Positions 1-8,351 of a stretch of 56,774 nucleotides of DNA are shown one piece after another. This DNA is from a virus. Taxonomy: Duplodnaviria; Caudoviricetes. The stretch is from positions 1 to 56,774 of IMG/VR virus record IMGVR_UViG_3300048998_000127. The stretch is one strand, 5' to 3'. The notes under the pieces were generated by a model. The model ran no database searches, had not been told where the DNA came from, and worked only from the letters and a program-made list of their open reading frames with translations. Numbering within the stretch: the stretch's first letter is position 1; every line of letters starts with the position of its first letter. Made by a program: the position numbers and the translations under genes.

Positions 1-127
1 TGTTGTTGGCCACCGTCACGAAGTCGTAGGTGGCGATGCTGGCCAGCCGCACCTGTACCGGCGCGGTGGCGTACATCCACACCTGACCGGGCGTGGCCGC
101 AGCGTTCGCCGGCCCAGAGCCGTCATA
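1..127. repeat. Terminal direct repeat (circular assembly overlap), left copy
   Basis: 1-127 is identical to 56648-56774; 127 nt is a common assembler k-mer and the repeat falls inside a CDS. Confidence 0.95.
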
Positions 128-751
128 GCCGGCGTCGGCAATGACCTTGGCCCCGGACTGGGTGAACAGGGTGCCGTTGCGCTCGGTCAGGATCTGGCCG
201 TACTGAGGCAGCATGACCAGCGGCATGTGGATGTTGACCTGCTGGCCGAGCAGCGCGGCGCGCGCCTGCTCCTCCAGCAGACCCAACGCCTCCAGCGGGT
301 CGAACAGGCCCGTGATGACGTTGGCGTTGCCGTCGGCCAGGTAGCCGTTGACGGCCCCGCCGGTCTGCGGAGTGTCGTACGGCGCGTCCTGGGTGGCGGT
401 GCCCAGCCACAGCTCACTGGCGAGCAGGTAGGAAGTCGCGGCCTCCAGCTGCCGCTGGCTGCGAGCCAGCTCCTCCAGCACGTTCAGGCCGTAGCGACTG
501 CCGCAGGTGAACTCCGTGCGGAGTCCGGTGGGCACGTAGTAGGACAGGCCGCCGTCCGTGCCACCGACAGGCGTGCCGCCGGTGGTCGCGCACAGGGCCC
601 ACGTCTGGCCCTGGAAGCACTCCTCCGGCCGCCAGACCATGCCATTGACCCAGCGGGTATCCGCCTCCGGGGTTACGCCCACGGAGGCCAGCAGGCTACC
701 GACGCGCGGCGGTGCCGCCGCTACCGGCGTGACCTCGGTAAAGGTCGTCAC
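1..751 (-). CDS. Major capsid pentamer-type protein, N-terminal part (continues across origin at 56647..56544; 284 aa total)
   Basis: GGAGG RBS then GTG at 751; translates MTTFTEVTPVAAAPPRVGSLL...RWVNG...AKVIADAGYDGSGP...WMYATAPVQV; lies between major capsid and major tail genes; missed by the ORF track because it spans the origin. Confidence 0.8.
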   Translation of the reverse strand, partial: MTTFTEVTPVAAAPPRVGSLLASVGVTPEADTRWVNGMVWRPEECFQGQTWALCATTGGTPVGGTDGGLSYYVPTGLRTEFTCGSRYGLNVLEELARSQRQLEAATSYLLASELWLGTATQDAPYDTPQTGGAVNGYLADGNANVITGLFDPLEALGLLEEQARAALLGQQVNIHMPLVMLPQYGQILTERNGTLFTQSGAKVIADAGYDGSGPANAAATPGQVWMYATAPVQVRLASIATYDFVTVANN

Positions 752-791
752 GTTGAATCACCTCCCTGTTCCGGCTGGGACCAACCAGAGC

Positions 792-823
792 CGGCCCGGC
801 CCCCTGCGCGCGGGGCCGGGCCG
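792..823 (-). terminator. 12-bp GC hairpin between the two capsid genes (partial terminator or mRNA stabiliser)
   Basis: CGGCCCGGCCCC-N8-GGGGCCGGGCCG, weak U tract. Confidence 0.6.
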
Positions 824-831
824 ACGTCCGG

Positions 832-2643
832 TCAGTCGCCCGCCGTGCCGCCAGCGGCGACGGTGGTGGCGATGGTCTCCGTGGCGACCGTGGCCGCGCT
901 GGCACCGGTCGGGTTGAGCGCCATGGCGATGTGCAGCGACTCGATGCCCCGGAAGGCCGCGTACTCGAACGACTCGCTGAAGGTCTCGTACTGGTTGAGC
1001 CCCACGAGGGTGGAGTCACGCACGATGCCCAGGTCCAGCGTGCCGCCGTCCAGCAGCAGCCAGTCGCCCTCCGCGAACAGCAGGGCCGACACGACGTCCG
1101 GGAACGGGTAGATGATCTGGTCGGCCACCACCGGGGAGTACACCTGCGGCGGGATGACCAGCGCAGGGGTGGTGATGTCGGCCGGGTCGATGCCGTCCAG
1201 GTGCCAGGTGATGGCCACGTTCCGGGTGGCGAACCACGCCTGAACCTGCTCCATCGAGATCTGGAAGACCTGGAGGCCGTCGCCCACCATCTGGCGGGCC
1301 AGGTCGGTGGCCAGCATGTAGAACATCCACTGCGGCAGGATCATCCGCAGGCGGGCCTCCGCGTTGAGGCGGTGCACCGACCGGTAGTAGGCCACCACGT
1401 GGTCCACCGTGGCCAGCGAGTCGCGGACCGCGCCCAGCAGCTGCTTCGACTGCACGCGCGTGGAGGCCGTGGTCAGCCGGGTCAGGAGCCGGTTCTCCGC
1501 GAAGCGAGCGTGCGCGATGGCCTGGGCCCGCACAACGCTGTCCGCGTACTCCGGGTCGAAGCGTGCCGCCATGTTGGTGAACTTGAGGCACTGGTAGATG
1601 GCCTCCACCTGGGCCGTCACGACACCGGGGCAGTCGATGATCGCGCAGGACTTCGGGGTGGGCGACGCGTTGACGTCGTCCGCCGCCGTCCACACGCCGA
1701 TGCCGCCAGTCTGCGCGACGCCGGACACGGCCGGGCGGTACTGGATGCCGCCCCGGTCGGCCTGGAAGCGCGCCAGGGCGTCCCGAACCGGTCGATCGGT
1801 GTCACCGATCACCGGGATGTCGTACAGGGTCTGGAGGGGCGAGCAGAAGCCGCCAGCCGCCACCAGGCTCTCCCGGGTGCCGCGCTTCGCGGAGTCGATG
1901 ACCGACTCCATGCGCAGCATGTTGTCCCAGCTGTCGGTGCCGGAGAGCTGCCGCGAGTCGGGCAGCTTCGTGGCGAGCCGCACGAGCGGGACGCGGATGG
2001 AGTCGCCGGGCACGCGCCCAACCTGCTCCAGCGCCTGGGAGAACGACTGGGCGACGCCACGGCGGTCGAGCTCCGCGCCCTCCTGCACACCGAAGGAGCG
2101 GTGCAGGGAGACCACCTTGCCGGTGATGCCCTCGCCAGCGCCGGGCTGCACGCCGTACGCGAGGTTGCCCAGCTGGCGACGCCGGGAGCCGGCCGCCGCC
2201 TGCACGCCGTCGCCGCCCTCGCTGCCCTCGCCGTTGCCGGCGTTGGGGTCAGCGTTCGGGTCGGTGGCGGGCGGCTGCTCGCCGTCCTCCGGATTCTCCG
2301 GCGCGTCCTCCTGGGACGGGTTGGCCGGACGCAGGGGCTGGCCGGTCGGGTCGCTGCCCAGGTTGGCCAGCTCCGCCAGCTTGGCCTGGTCGGCGGCGTA
2401 CTTGTCGGCCGTCGCCTTGTTGGCGGTCTCCTGCGCGTCGATGGCCTCGATGCCCGCGATGTGCGCGCCCAGCGCGCTCACGTTCTCCGGGGTGGCACCC
2501 TTGAAGCTGCCAGCCGCCTTGACGATCTCAGCGCGCGCTTCGGCCAGCTGCTCGCCGGTCGCTGCGGCCAGGAGCTCGGAAGCCTTGGCCTTGCCCGCGT
2601 CGTCGGTGGCGGTCAGGGCAGCGACGATATCCGCAGTCTTCAC
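832..2643 (-). CDS. Major capsid (hexamer-type) protein with N-terminal scaffold-like region
   Basis: GGAAGGA RBS before GTG 2643 (VKTADIVAAL); coiled-coil plus acidic linker, then LVAAGGFCSPLQTLYD...RGGIQY, resembling cluster-B-like actinophage capsids. Confidence 0.88.
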   Translation of the reverse strand: MKTADIVAALTATDDAGKAKASELLAAATGEQLAEARAEIVKAAGSFKGATPENVSALGAHIAGIEAIDAQETANKATADKYAADQAKLAELANLGSDPTGQPLRPANPSQEDAPENPEDGEQPPATDPNADPNAGNGEGSEGGDGVQAAAGSRRRQLGNLAYGVQPGAGEGITGKVVSLHRSFGVQEGAELDRRGVAQSFSQALEQVGRVPGDSIRVPLVRLATKLPDSRQLSGTDSWDNMLRMESVIDSAKRGTRESLVAAGGFCSPLQTLYDIPVIGDTDRPVRDALARFQADRGGIQYRPAVSGVAQTGGIGVWTAADDVNASPTPKSCAIIDCPGVVTAQVEAIYQCLKFTNMAARFDPEYADSVVRAQAIAHARFAENRLLTRLTTASTRVQSKQLLGAVRDSLATVDHVVAYYRSVHRLNAEARLRMILPQWMFYMLATDLARQMVGDGLQVFQISMEQVQAWFATRNVAITWHLDGIDPADITTPALVIPPQVYSPVVADQIIYPFPDVVSALLFAEGDWLLLDGGTLDLGIVRDSTLVGLNQYETFSESFEYAAFRGIESLHIAMALNPTGASAATVATETIATTVAAGGTAGD

Positions 2644-2665
2644 GGCGTCGTGTCCTTCCACTCGT

Positions 2666-2780
2666 TCGTGTCGTCCAGAGGGGCAGCTGGCTATGCCTGC
2701 GGACCGGAGAGGGCTAGGCCATCCGGGCTGTGCACCCTTGTTCGTCACGACAGAGAGTAGGCGAACTGACGCCGTGTCAA
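2666..2780 (-). promoter_or_regulatory. Capsid promoter and structured 5' leader
   Basis: TTGACA (2775-2780) and TACTCT with short 15-bp spacer; nested stems with twin GGC(C/A)TAGCC hairpins. Confidence 0.5.
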
Positions 2781-2805
2781 CGGCTCGTATCGATACGGTG
2801 GGTTG

Positions 2806-3198
2806 CTACTCGGGATCGACCACCGAGGACGTGTTGATGGTGGGCTCCGGGTGAACGATGGGCGGTGCGCCCATCGGCGGATTGCGGGGGTTGTCGTCGG
2901 TCGTCGTGATCACCACATCCGTGGTGGTGGGCGTGGCCGGCGGCGTGTCCACGGTGGTGTCCGTGGGGGTCGGGCCCTCGGTCGTCGTCACGGGCTGCTC
3001 CGGGGTTGTGGTCGGGGCCGGGTCGTCGGTGGTGGTGTCGACCGGGGTGTCCAGCGCGCGAACCACGGCGGCCGGCTGGCTGTGCACCACGGGCGTGGTG
3101 GGCGGGGAGCCGACCATCAGGATGCCGGCGGCGACACCGGTCACCGCGAAGATGCCGGCCCAGACGGCCGCCCAGGTAACGGTCTCTCGTGCGTTCAT
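2806..3198 (-). CDS. Membrane-anchored Thr/Pro-rich protein
   Basis: GGAGG RBS, N-terminal TM (WAAVWAGIFAVTGVAAGILMV), then TTT/PT-rich stalk. Confidence 0.7.
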   Translation of the reverse strand: MNARETVTWAAVWAGIFAVTGVAAGILMVGSPPTTPVVHSQPAAVVRALDTPVDTTTDDPAPTTTPEQPVTTTEGPTPTDTTVDTPPATPTTTDVVITTTDDNPRNPPMGAPPIVHPEPTINTSSVVDPE

Positions 3199-3202
3199 GG
3201 CT

Positions 3203-3520
3203 CTACCATCCTCCGATGTTGTGCCAGGTGTTGCGCGTCCACCGGACGGCGGGCGTGAGGTCGTTCGCGGTGCGCTTGCCCCACGCGACGGGGCCGGGGA
3301 AGTCGCGCTCCGGGTGATCCGGGCAGTGCCGCTCGTGCCACCAGCCGATGGAGTACAGCACCGCGTAGAGGCCCAGCAGCACGATGCCGAAGATGGCGAG
3401 CGCGTTGGAGAACCAGTTCGGGCTGGCCAGCAGGTGCGGTGCAAAGAGGGCAACCGCCGTGAGGTTGGACAACAGCCACAGCTGGTAGGCCCCGCGCTTC
3501 AGTCGCTCACGCTCGGTCAC
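3203..3520 (-). CDS. Two-TM membrane protein
   Basis: Two hydrophobic stretches; start overlaps upstream stop. Confidence 0.7.
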   Translation of the reverse strand: MTERERLKRGAYQLWLLSNLTAVALFAPHLLASPNWFSNALAIFGIVLLGLYAVLYSIGWWHERHCPDHPERDFPGPVAWGKRTANDLTPAVRWTRNTWHNIGGW

Positions 3521-3648
3521 GACTTCTTCCCCTTGCCGGTCATCTGCCGCTTGGCCGCGCGCACGAGGTCCCGCGTGGTGTGCACGGTCACGCGAACGAT
3601 GCCACGGGGGATGGACGTGAAGGGCGTGCCGTCGGGGTTGGTCTTCAT
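3517..3648 (-). CDS. Hypothetical small basic protein
   Basis: AGGAG RBS, MKTNPDGTPF..., overlaps neighbours. Confidence 0.55.
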   Translation of the reverse strand: MKTNPDGTPFTSIPRGIVRVTVHTTRDLVRAAKRQMTGKGKKS

Positions 3649-3944
3649 CGGGTGCTCCTGTGGCTCGTGCCGTGCTTGACGCACGTCGTGGTGTGATCGG
3701 TGTAGAGCGGGACGCCGTGCGCCTTCGCTCCGGCTAGTTGGCCCTTGGTGCATTCGTTGCCGCTGTACTTGCCTTGGGACGTGAGGGTGCAGGTGTAGGT
3801 TCCCGCGACGTCGGGCACGGGGTCGACGAGCACCGTGCGGCGTTGGCCCCTGCTGATCTTGCTGGTGACGATCTCCGCCAGCGGGGCGTCACAGTGCTTG
3901 CACTCCTGGGTGGGGACCAGGCTGTTGGCCGCCTCGGCCGTCAC
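3645..3944 (-). CDS. Hypothetical Zn-binding protein
   Basis: CKHC...VDPVP...HTTTC pattern; GTGA overlap. Confidence 0.65.
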   Translation of the reverse strand: MTAEAANSLVPTQECKHCDAPLAEIVTSKISRGQRRTVLVDPVPDVAGTYTCTLTSQGKYSGNECTKGQLAGAKAHGVPLYTDHTTTCVKHGTSHRSTR

Positions 3945-4222
3945 AACGCCTCCACGGGGTTGATGGTCACGGTGCCGCTCCCAGCCTCCAGCGTCACGGT
4001 GCAGGCCCAGGGGAGCAAGTCGCACAGGCCGGCGAAGTAGGCCGTGGCCCGGTCCTTGTCGATGACGGAAGCGAAGACCTTCACCCCACTGCCGGCGGGC
4101 CGGACGTTGAACTGGTGCCCGGGCGATTCGACGGCGGCGTCCAGGAGGAGCAGCTGCACCGGCTTGATGGCATTGCGCGGCTGCGGGAAGGCCCGGGTGC
4201 GGGTGGTGGTGTAGGTCTGCAT
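3941..4222 (-). CDS. Hypothetical protein (likely leaderless)
   Basis: MQTYTTTRTR...; ATG 7 nt after TACTGT -10. Confidence 0.65.
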   Translation of the reverse strand: MQTYTTTRTRAFPQPRNAIKPVQLLLLDAAVESPGHQFNVRPAGSGVKVFASVIDKDRATAYFAGLCDLLPWACTVTLEAGSGTVTINPVEAL

Positions 4223-4229
4223 GTCAACC

Positions 4230-4257
4230 ACAGTACACTGCCACGGTGGGTTGTCAA
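4230..4257 (-). promoter_or_regulatory. SigA-type promoter with CCCACCG motif
   Basis: TTGACA-N16-TACTGT. Confidence 0.6.
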
Positions 4258-4321
4258 CTCGGCGTACCGTGGCAATCGGCCCGTGACGGGCTGCCGCGAT
4301 GGCTGACCGAAGGAGGCATCC

Positions 4322-4666
4322 ATGCCTAAGGAGCACATGCAGGCCCAGAGCCTGCACGTTCCGTCCCCGGACGGTGACGGAGTCCGGACGCACACCCGCA
4401 CCATCGAAGTCACCTGGTACAAAGACGGCGGTGCGGTCACGCTCAGCCCCGGCTGGTACCAGAGCAACTACCCCGACGACCAGGCCGTCCATCCGGACGT
4501 CGCCCTCCTGCCTGAAGCGCAGGACTCGGACACTGCGCAGCAGCGCGTCCGCGAGGGGTGGCACGCCTTCGAGGAGGCCGGCCGCACCTTGGGGTGGCGC
4601 GAGGTGAACGATCTGATCAAACAGCTGAAGCGGGCCCGCGACGACGCTTTCGGCCGTCCCGAGTAG
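4322..4666 (+). CDS. Hypothetical actinophage protein
   Basis: AAGGAGG RBS; C-terminal VNDLIKQLKRARDDAFGRPE motif that I recognise from actinophage small proteins. Confidence 0.8.
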   Translation: MPKEHMQAQSLHVPSPDGDGVRTHTRTIEVTWYKDGGAVTLSPGWYQSNYPDDQAVHPDVALLPEAQDSDTAQQRVREGWHAFEEAGRTLGWREVNDLIKQLKRARDDAFGRPE

Positions 4667-4725
4667 GCTCGCCGCTGGTCCGTCGGGGACCTGGGCGGCC
4701 GTGATTCCGGTGCGCGGTCCGGCCG

Positions 4726-4766
4726 CTCCGAACGCCCTCACCCTTTCTCGCTGGGTGGGGGCGTTC
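4726..4766 (+). terminator. Intrinsic terminator
   Basis: GAACGCCCTCACCC...GGGTGGGGGCGTTC hairpin after a stop codon. Confidence 0.65.
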
Positions 4767-4768
4767 GT

Positions 4769-4865
4769 CTATCTGGGTGATACGGTGGGTTTCTATTGAC
4801 ACCGGGGGGACGACCCCCGTAGCGTGGTTCTCGTCAGCACGAACCGAGACCACTTGGAGCACCAG
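4769..4865 (+). promoter_or_regulatory. Repeated promoter cassette C1
   Basis: CTATCTGGGTG..CGGTGGGT, TTGACA 4796-N18-TAGCGT, CGTCAGCA, CACTTGGAG. Confidence 0.8.
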
Positions 4866-5432
4866 ATGGCACACACCAGCGAGACTCGCGGCCACATCAC
4901 CGTCCAGTCCACGGAGCGCTACGGCCGCACGGACTACCCGGTGTGGTACTCCACCCGCATCACCCGCGTCACCTTCGACGACGGCCACGCCCGGGCCGAC
5001 GTGATGGCCTTCCGGAGCACGACAAAGCCGGTCGGCTCGTACCTGGGCGACGTGGCCGGCCACTTCTCGGAGCCGTGGCAGCGCTACATGGACACCCAAC
5101 ACGTCCAGGCCCTGGAGGTCGAGCGGGTGCAGGCGCACGAGCGCGCCCTTCGGGACCACGCGGCCGACAAGAACGCGCAGCGCTGCTACCGAGTGGCCAC
5201 CATGCAGGACCTGCGGACGTGGCTCTCTCCGGTGCCGAACTGCCACCCGATCCTGGACACCTGGACCGTGCAGCGCCGGGTAGACCTCATGCGCCGCGCA
5301 TTGGCCGTCAAGGAAGCCGAACTGTGCATGTCGGCCGATCACGACCGATTCAGCGACGCCACGGTGAGCGGCACCGCCAGTCACGTCGCCGCTCACCTGG
5401 CCAAGCTGCGCGGACAGCAGGTCACGAGCTGA
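4866..5432 (+). CDS. Hypothetical protein
   Basis: ATG after CACTTGGAG; high-GC3 codon usage. Confidence 0.75.
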   Translation: MAHTSETRGHITVQSTERYGRTDYPVWYSTRITRVTFDDGHARADVMAFRSTTKPVGSYLGDVAGHFSEPWQRYMDTQHVQALEVERVQAHERALRDHAADKNAQRCYRVATMQDLRTWLSPVPNCHPILDTWTVQRRVDLMRRALAVKEAELCMSADHDRFSDATVSGTASHVAAHLAKLRGQQVTS

Positions 5433-5440
5433 CGCGGAAT

Positions 5441-5481
5441 AGACCACTGCCCCGACTCACCAGGAGCCGGGGCAGTGGTCT
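5441..5481. terminator. Intrinsic terminator
   Basis: AGACCACTGCCCCG...CGGGGCAGTGGTCT 14-bp stem. Confidence 0.75.
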
Positions 5482-5573
5482 ATCTGGGTGATGTGATGGG
5501 TAGCTATTGACACGCACCGCCACGTGGGGTTGAATGGTTCTTGTCAGCAAGAACCGCACCGCTGGAGGACGAA
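5480..5573 (+). promoter_or_regulatory. Repeated promoter cassette C2
   Basis: TTGACA 5507-N17-TTGAAT, hairpin GGTTCTTG-TCAG-CAAGAACC, GCTGGAGG RBS. Confidence 0.8.
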
Positions 5574-5738
5574 ATGGCCGCCACCCCGCTCGCCACCTGG
5601 ATGAAGGCCAAGAGCGACCGCGACCTTCTGGCGTTCAAGCGGACCGCTGTCAAGGCGGCGGCCAAGGCCCCGAACAACAAGTTCGCCCAGCAGACCCTGG
5701 CCGACGTGCTCGCCGAACTGGCGATGCGCGGCCTCTGA
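5574..5738 (+). CDS. Hypothetical protein
   Basis: MAATPLATW..., GGAGG RBS. Confidence 0.7.
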   Translation: MAATPLATWMKAKSDRDLLAFKRTAVKAAAKAPNNKFAQQTLADVLAELAMRGL

Positions 5739-5762
5739 CCATCCATCCCGAACGGAGGGGCT

Positions 5763-6014
5763 TTGACCCCGCAGGAAGTCACCGACGCCATCAAGGCGAA
5801 GCTGCGCCGACATGCCGACTTCACCCACCTGTCCGTCCACACCCAGGCGGCGATGGGCGGCCGATTCAACGTCTGCACGGTCATCATCCCCGGCGACCAC
5901 CGGGAGCGGCTTCGCGTGGCCAACATCGTCGGCGAGCACATGATGGCGTCCTGGATCCACAACACCAGAGGTGCCGTGGTGTTGACCATCCCGAAGGAGT
6001 ATGTGATCCGATGA
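5763..6014 (+). CDS. Hypothetical protein
   Basis: GGAGG RBS, TTG start. Confidence 0.7.
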   Translation: MTPQEVTDAIKAKLRRHADFTHLSVHTQAAMGGRFNVCTVIIPGDHRERLRVANIVGEHMMASWIHNTRGAVVLTIPKEYVIR

Positions 6015-6238
6015 CCAAGGAACGCGCGATGCGGGCACGCATGACGTGCCCGGTGTGCGGGAAGCGCAACGTGCGCGTGACCATCAAGGCCGGCCACAAC
6101 CTGCGCAGCGTGACCGGAACGCTGTCGGTGCACGGCGGCCTGTTCAACAACCCAGCCACCGGCAAGGCGGCCGACTGCGGTGGGAGCAACCGCACCATCC
6201 CCTCCAGAGACCTGCCGCCCGAAAGCACGTGGTCATGA
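6011..6238 (+). CDS. Small CxxC-H-C zinc-finger-like protein
   Basis: CPVCG...H...CGGS; ATGA overlap. Confidence 0.7.
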   Translation: MTKERAMRARMTCPVCGKRNVRVTIKAGHNLRSVTGTLSVHGGLFNNPATGKAADCGGSNRTIPSRDLPPESTWS

Positions 6239-6501
6239 TGGGCGGGACCTCGCCGATACGGCGACTGATGGCATGCCCGCACTGCGGAAACCGCGCTGTC
6301 CTCGCGATCATGCGGCACGGTGACGGCCGAACGAAGCCACCGAAGCCGGCCAGCCTGGTCATGGACAACCACTTCCCACCCGGCAAGCGGGACCTGTGCG
6401 CGACGTCGGAGAAGCGACTGGGCGACGCGCTCTGGCCGCAGTGGGCGAAGACGGCCCTGGCCAATCACCAGGAGAAGCAACGAGAGAAGGGGAAGCCGTG
6501 A
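6235..6501 (+). CDS. Small CxxC-H-C zinc-finger-like protein
   Basis: CPHCG...H...CATS; ATGA overlap. Confidence 0.65.
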   Translation: MMGGTSPIRRLMACPHCGNRAVLAIMRHGDGRTKPPKPASLVMDNHFPPGKRDLCATSEKRLGDALWPQWAKTALANHQEKQREKGKP

Positions 6502-6689
6502 CGGGTAAGAAGCGCGGCGTCCGGCTGCACATCGAGTACACGAAGCGCGACGGCAAGCGCGCCTCGTTCTGGGCGGACGCGCCGATGGACTGGGACGCGC
6601 CACGCGGACCGCGCCGAGGCTGGGCGGAGACGGCGGCGGCCAAGCACCACCCGGGAGCGACCGAAGCTTCCGTGATCGGCAGGGAGTGA
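6498..6689 (+). CDS. Hypothetical protein
   Basis: GTGA overlap, VTGKKRGVRLHIEY. Confidence 0.65.
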   Translation: MTGKKRGVRLHIEYTKRDGKRASFWADAPMDWDAPRGPRRGWAETAAAKHHPGATEASVIGRE

Positions 6690-6856
6690 TCATGTTCATG
6701 ACCAGGAGGCAGCGCGCGGTTCAGACGGCCGCGCGCCGGGCGTACGACAATCGCAACCAGCCGGTGCCGCTGCGGCCGGCGAACGACCGCGACGCGCTGG
6801 ACCAGGAGGCGCTTCGCCGGGCGGCTGCCCGCAAGCCGGGGTGGTGGGCGCGATGA
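6686..6856 (+). CDS. Hypothetical small protein (below ORF-track cutoff)
   Basis: Hand-translated (V)IMFMTRRQRAVQTAARRAYDN...WWAR; overlaps both neighbours by 4 nt. Confidence 0.6.
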   Translation: MIMFMTRRQRAVQTAARRAYDNRNQPVPLRPANDRDALDQEALRRAAARKPGWWAR

Positions 6857-7098
6857 TGGGGGCGAGACACCCGTATGGGCGGACGACCCGGTATCGCTGG
6901 GTGCCCCTGACGGCGGAGGATCTGGTCAGCGCGGAGAGCATGGCTGTGCAGGTGTTGCCGCCGGCCATCGCCGTGGCCGTGCTGGCGTTGCTGCGGCTGC
7001 ACGGCAAGGACCCGGCTCAGTTCGCGGATCGGCGTTCGGAGTTGGCGCGGCTGGTGCGTGACATCCGCTGGCTGGCGAAGGGCGACCTGCCCGCCTAG
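6853..7098 (+). CDS. Hypothetical protein with one hydrophobic segment
   Basis: ATGA overlap; VLPPAIAVAVLALL. Confidence 0.6.
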   Translation: MMGARHPYGRTTRYRWVPLTAEDLVSAESMAVQVLPPAIAVAVLALLRLHGKDPAQFADRRSELARLVRDIRWLAKGDLPA

Positions 7099-7194
7099 TC
7101 CATTCGAGTGATCCGGTGCGTAGCTGTTGACACCCCCTGTCGCGTGGGGTTGAATGGTCCTTGTCAGCAGCACACCGGACCACTTGGAGTCGAC
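7099..7194 (+). promoter_or_regulatory. Repeated promoter cassette C3
   Basis: CCATTCGAGTG, TTGACA 7127-N17-TTGAAT, TGTCAGCA, CACTTGGAG. Confidence 0.85.
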
Positions 7195-7593
7195 ATGAAC
7201 GTCCTGGGCTACAGCAACCAGCAGTTCAACCAGCGCATGCTGGCCACCCCGGAGGGCAAGTGCCACACCTGCGGCGCGGCCACCCTATGGGACACCGACG
7301 GCTACACGTCCACGTGCGGCGACTGCTTCGACCGTTTCCATCAGGGCAAGGCCATCGAGCACAGCCACATGTTCACCTACCCGGAGGGCTACGTGCAGGC
7401 GTCGGGTGTGGAGCGGCTGGCATGGCCAACCACGGTCGATATGCGTCCGGCGTTCGTGTCCGGCGAGCAGGTGGGGTGGTTCTGCGCTGGCGGCCACGGG
7501 TCTGAGCCGTGCGGCTGGCAGCTCACGGTTGCGGAGGCGCAGCCGCTGTTGGACAAGGTGGCCCAGCGCGTGCTGGCCAGGGCTTGGGCCTAG
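7195..7593 (+). CDS. Hypothetical Zn-binding protein
   Basis: CHTC...CGDC and C..H..C motifs. Confidence 0.75.
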   Translation: MNVLGYSNQQFNQRMLATPEGKCHTCGAATLWDTDGYTSTCGDCFDRFHQGKAIEHSHMFTYPEGYVQASGVERLAWPTTVDMRPAFVSGEQVGWFCAGGHGSEPCGWQLTVAEAQPLLDKVAQRVLARAWA

Positions 7594-7686
7594 CCTGTTC
7601 GGATGAATCGGTGGGTGGCTGTTGACATCGCAGCCACCCACCGCGTAGGTTGGTTGTCAACAGCAACGCCGGACGACTTGGAGAGC
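7594..7686 (+). promoter_or_regulatory. Repeated promoter cassette C4
   Basis: Perfect 13-bp inverted repeat 7609-7643 around TTGACA; TAGGTT; GACTTGGAG. Confidence 0.85.
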
Positions 7687-8259
7687 ATGATGAGCACCTA
7701 CGCCAGCACCGCCGGAGGCTACAACTTCCACCGCGCCAACTGCGGCAACGACGGCGAGGGCTGCCCCACCGCCGAACACGGCGAGTCCCGCAACCCTGTC
7801 GACCACGACCACGCGCTTGCCCTGAAGGAGCACCGGCTGCGCGGCTTCGAGACGCCGGCCCAGACCGTGATCCGCATCGAGGCCATGCGCCTGGCCCGGC
7901 TGGAGGGGGTGGCGGACATGGCCTTCACGGTGGCCACGAAGCGCGGCAAGACCCTGCCCGGTGGTGACTACCTGGTACAGCTGCTGGTACGCGTGGACCA
8001 TGAGGCCGCGCTGCGGATGAACGAGGCACCGGACGACACCTCGAAGCGCCGACGGCTGACGCAGCCGCAGGAGCGGGCCCTGACGTTCTTCGGCCGTCTC
8101 GCGCAGGACCAGGACGCGGTGCTGGCGACGGCGTTTGACAGGCCGCCCACGGGCACGATCTGCGCCCTGATCACCCGGGGTCTGTTGACGACGGCCCCAT
8201 CGGGCCGGCTGGTGGATCACGTGCCGACCAAGGCGGGTTGGGCCCATCTGGGACTGTAG
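7687..8259 (+). CDS. Hypothetical protein with C-terminal winged-helix-like domain
   Basis: LTQPQERAL...TICALITRGLL...PTKAG pattern. Confidence 0.7.
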   Translation: MMSTYASTAGGYNFHRANCGNDGEGCPTAEHGESRNPVDHDHALALKEHRLRGFETPAQTVIRIEAMRLARLEGVADMAFTVATKRGKTLPGGDYLVQLLVRVDHEAALRMNEAPDDTSKRRRLTQPQERALTFFGRLAQDQDAVLATAFDRPPTGTICALITRGLLTTAPSGRLVDHVPTKAGWAHLGL

Positions 8260-8351
8260 TCCATTCGAGTGGTGCGGTGGGTAGCTGTTGACACCCACCG
8301 CACCAGGGCGTAACTTTGTTCTCAGCACCCCACCAACAAAGGAGCCCCCAA
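8260..8351 (+). promoter_or_regulatory. Repeated promoter cassette C5
   Basis: CCATTCGAGTG; 13-bp inverted repeat 8270-8305 around TTGACA; TAACTT at 8311. Confidence 0.85.

Noticed and set aside
1-127. Biological terminal repeat or att site
   Set aside because: Length equals a common k-mer and it lies mid-CDS; best explained as assembly overlap
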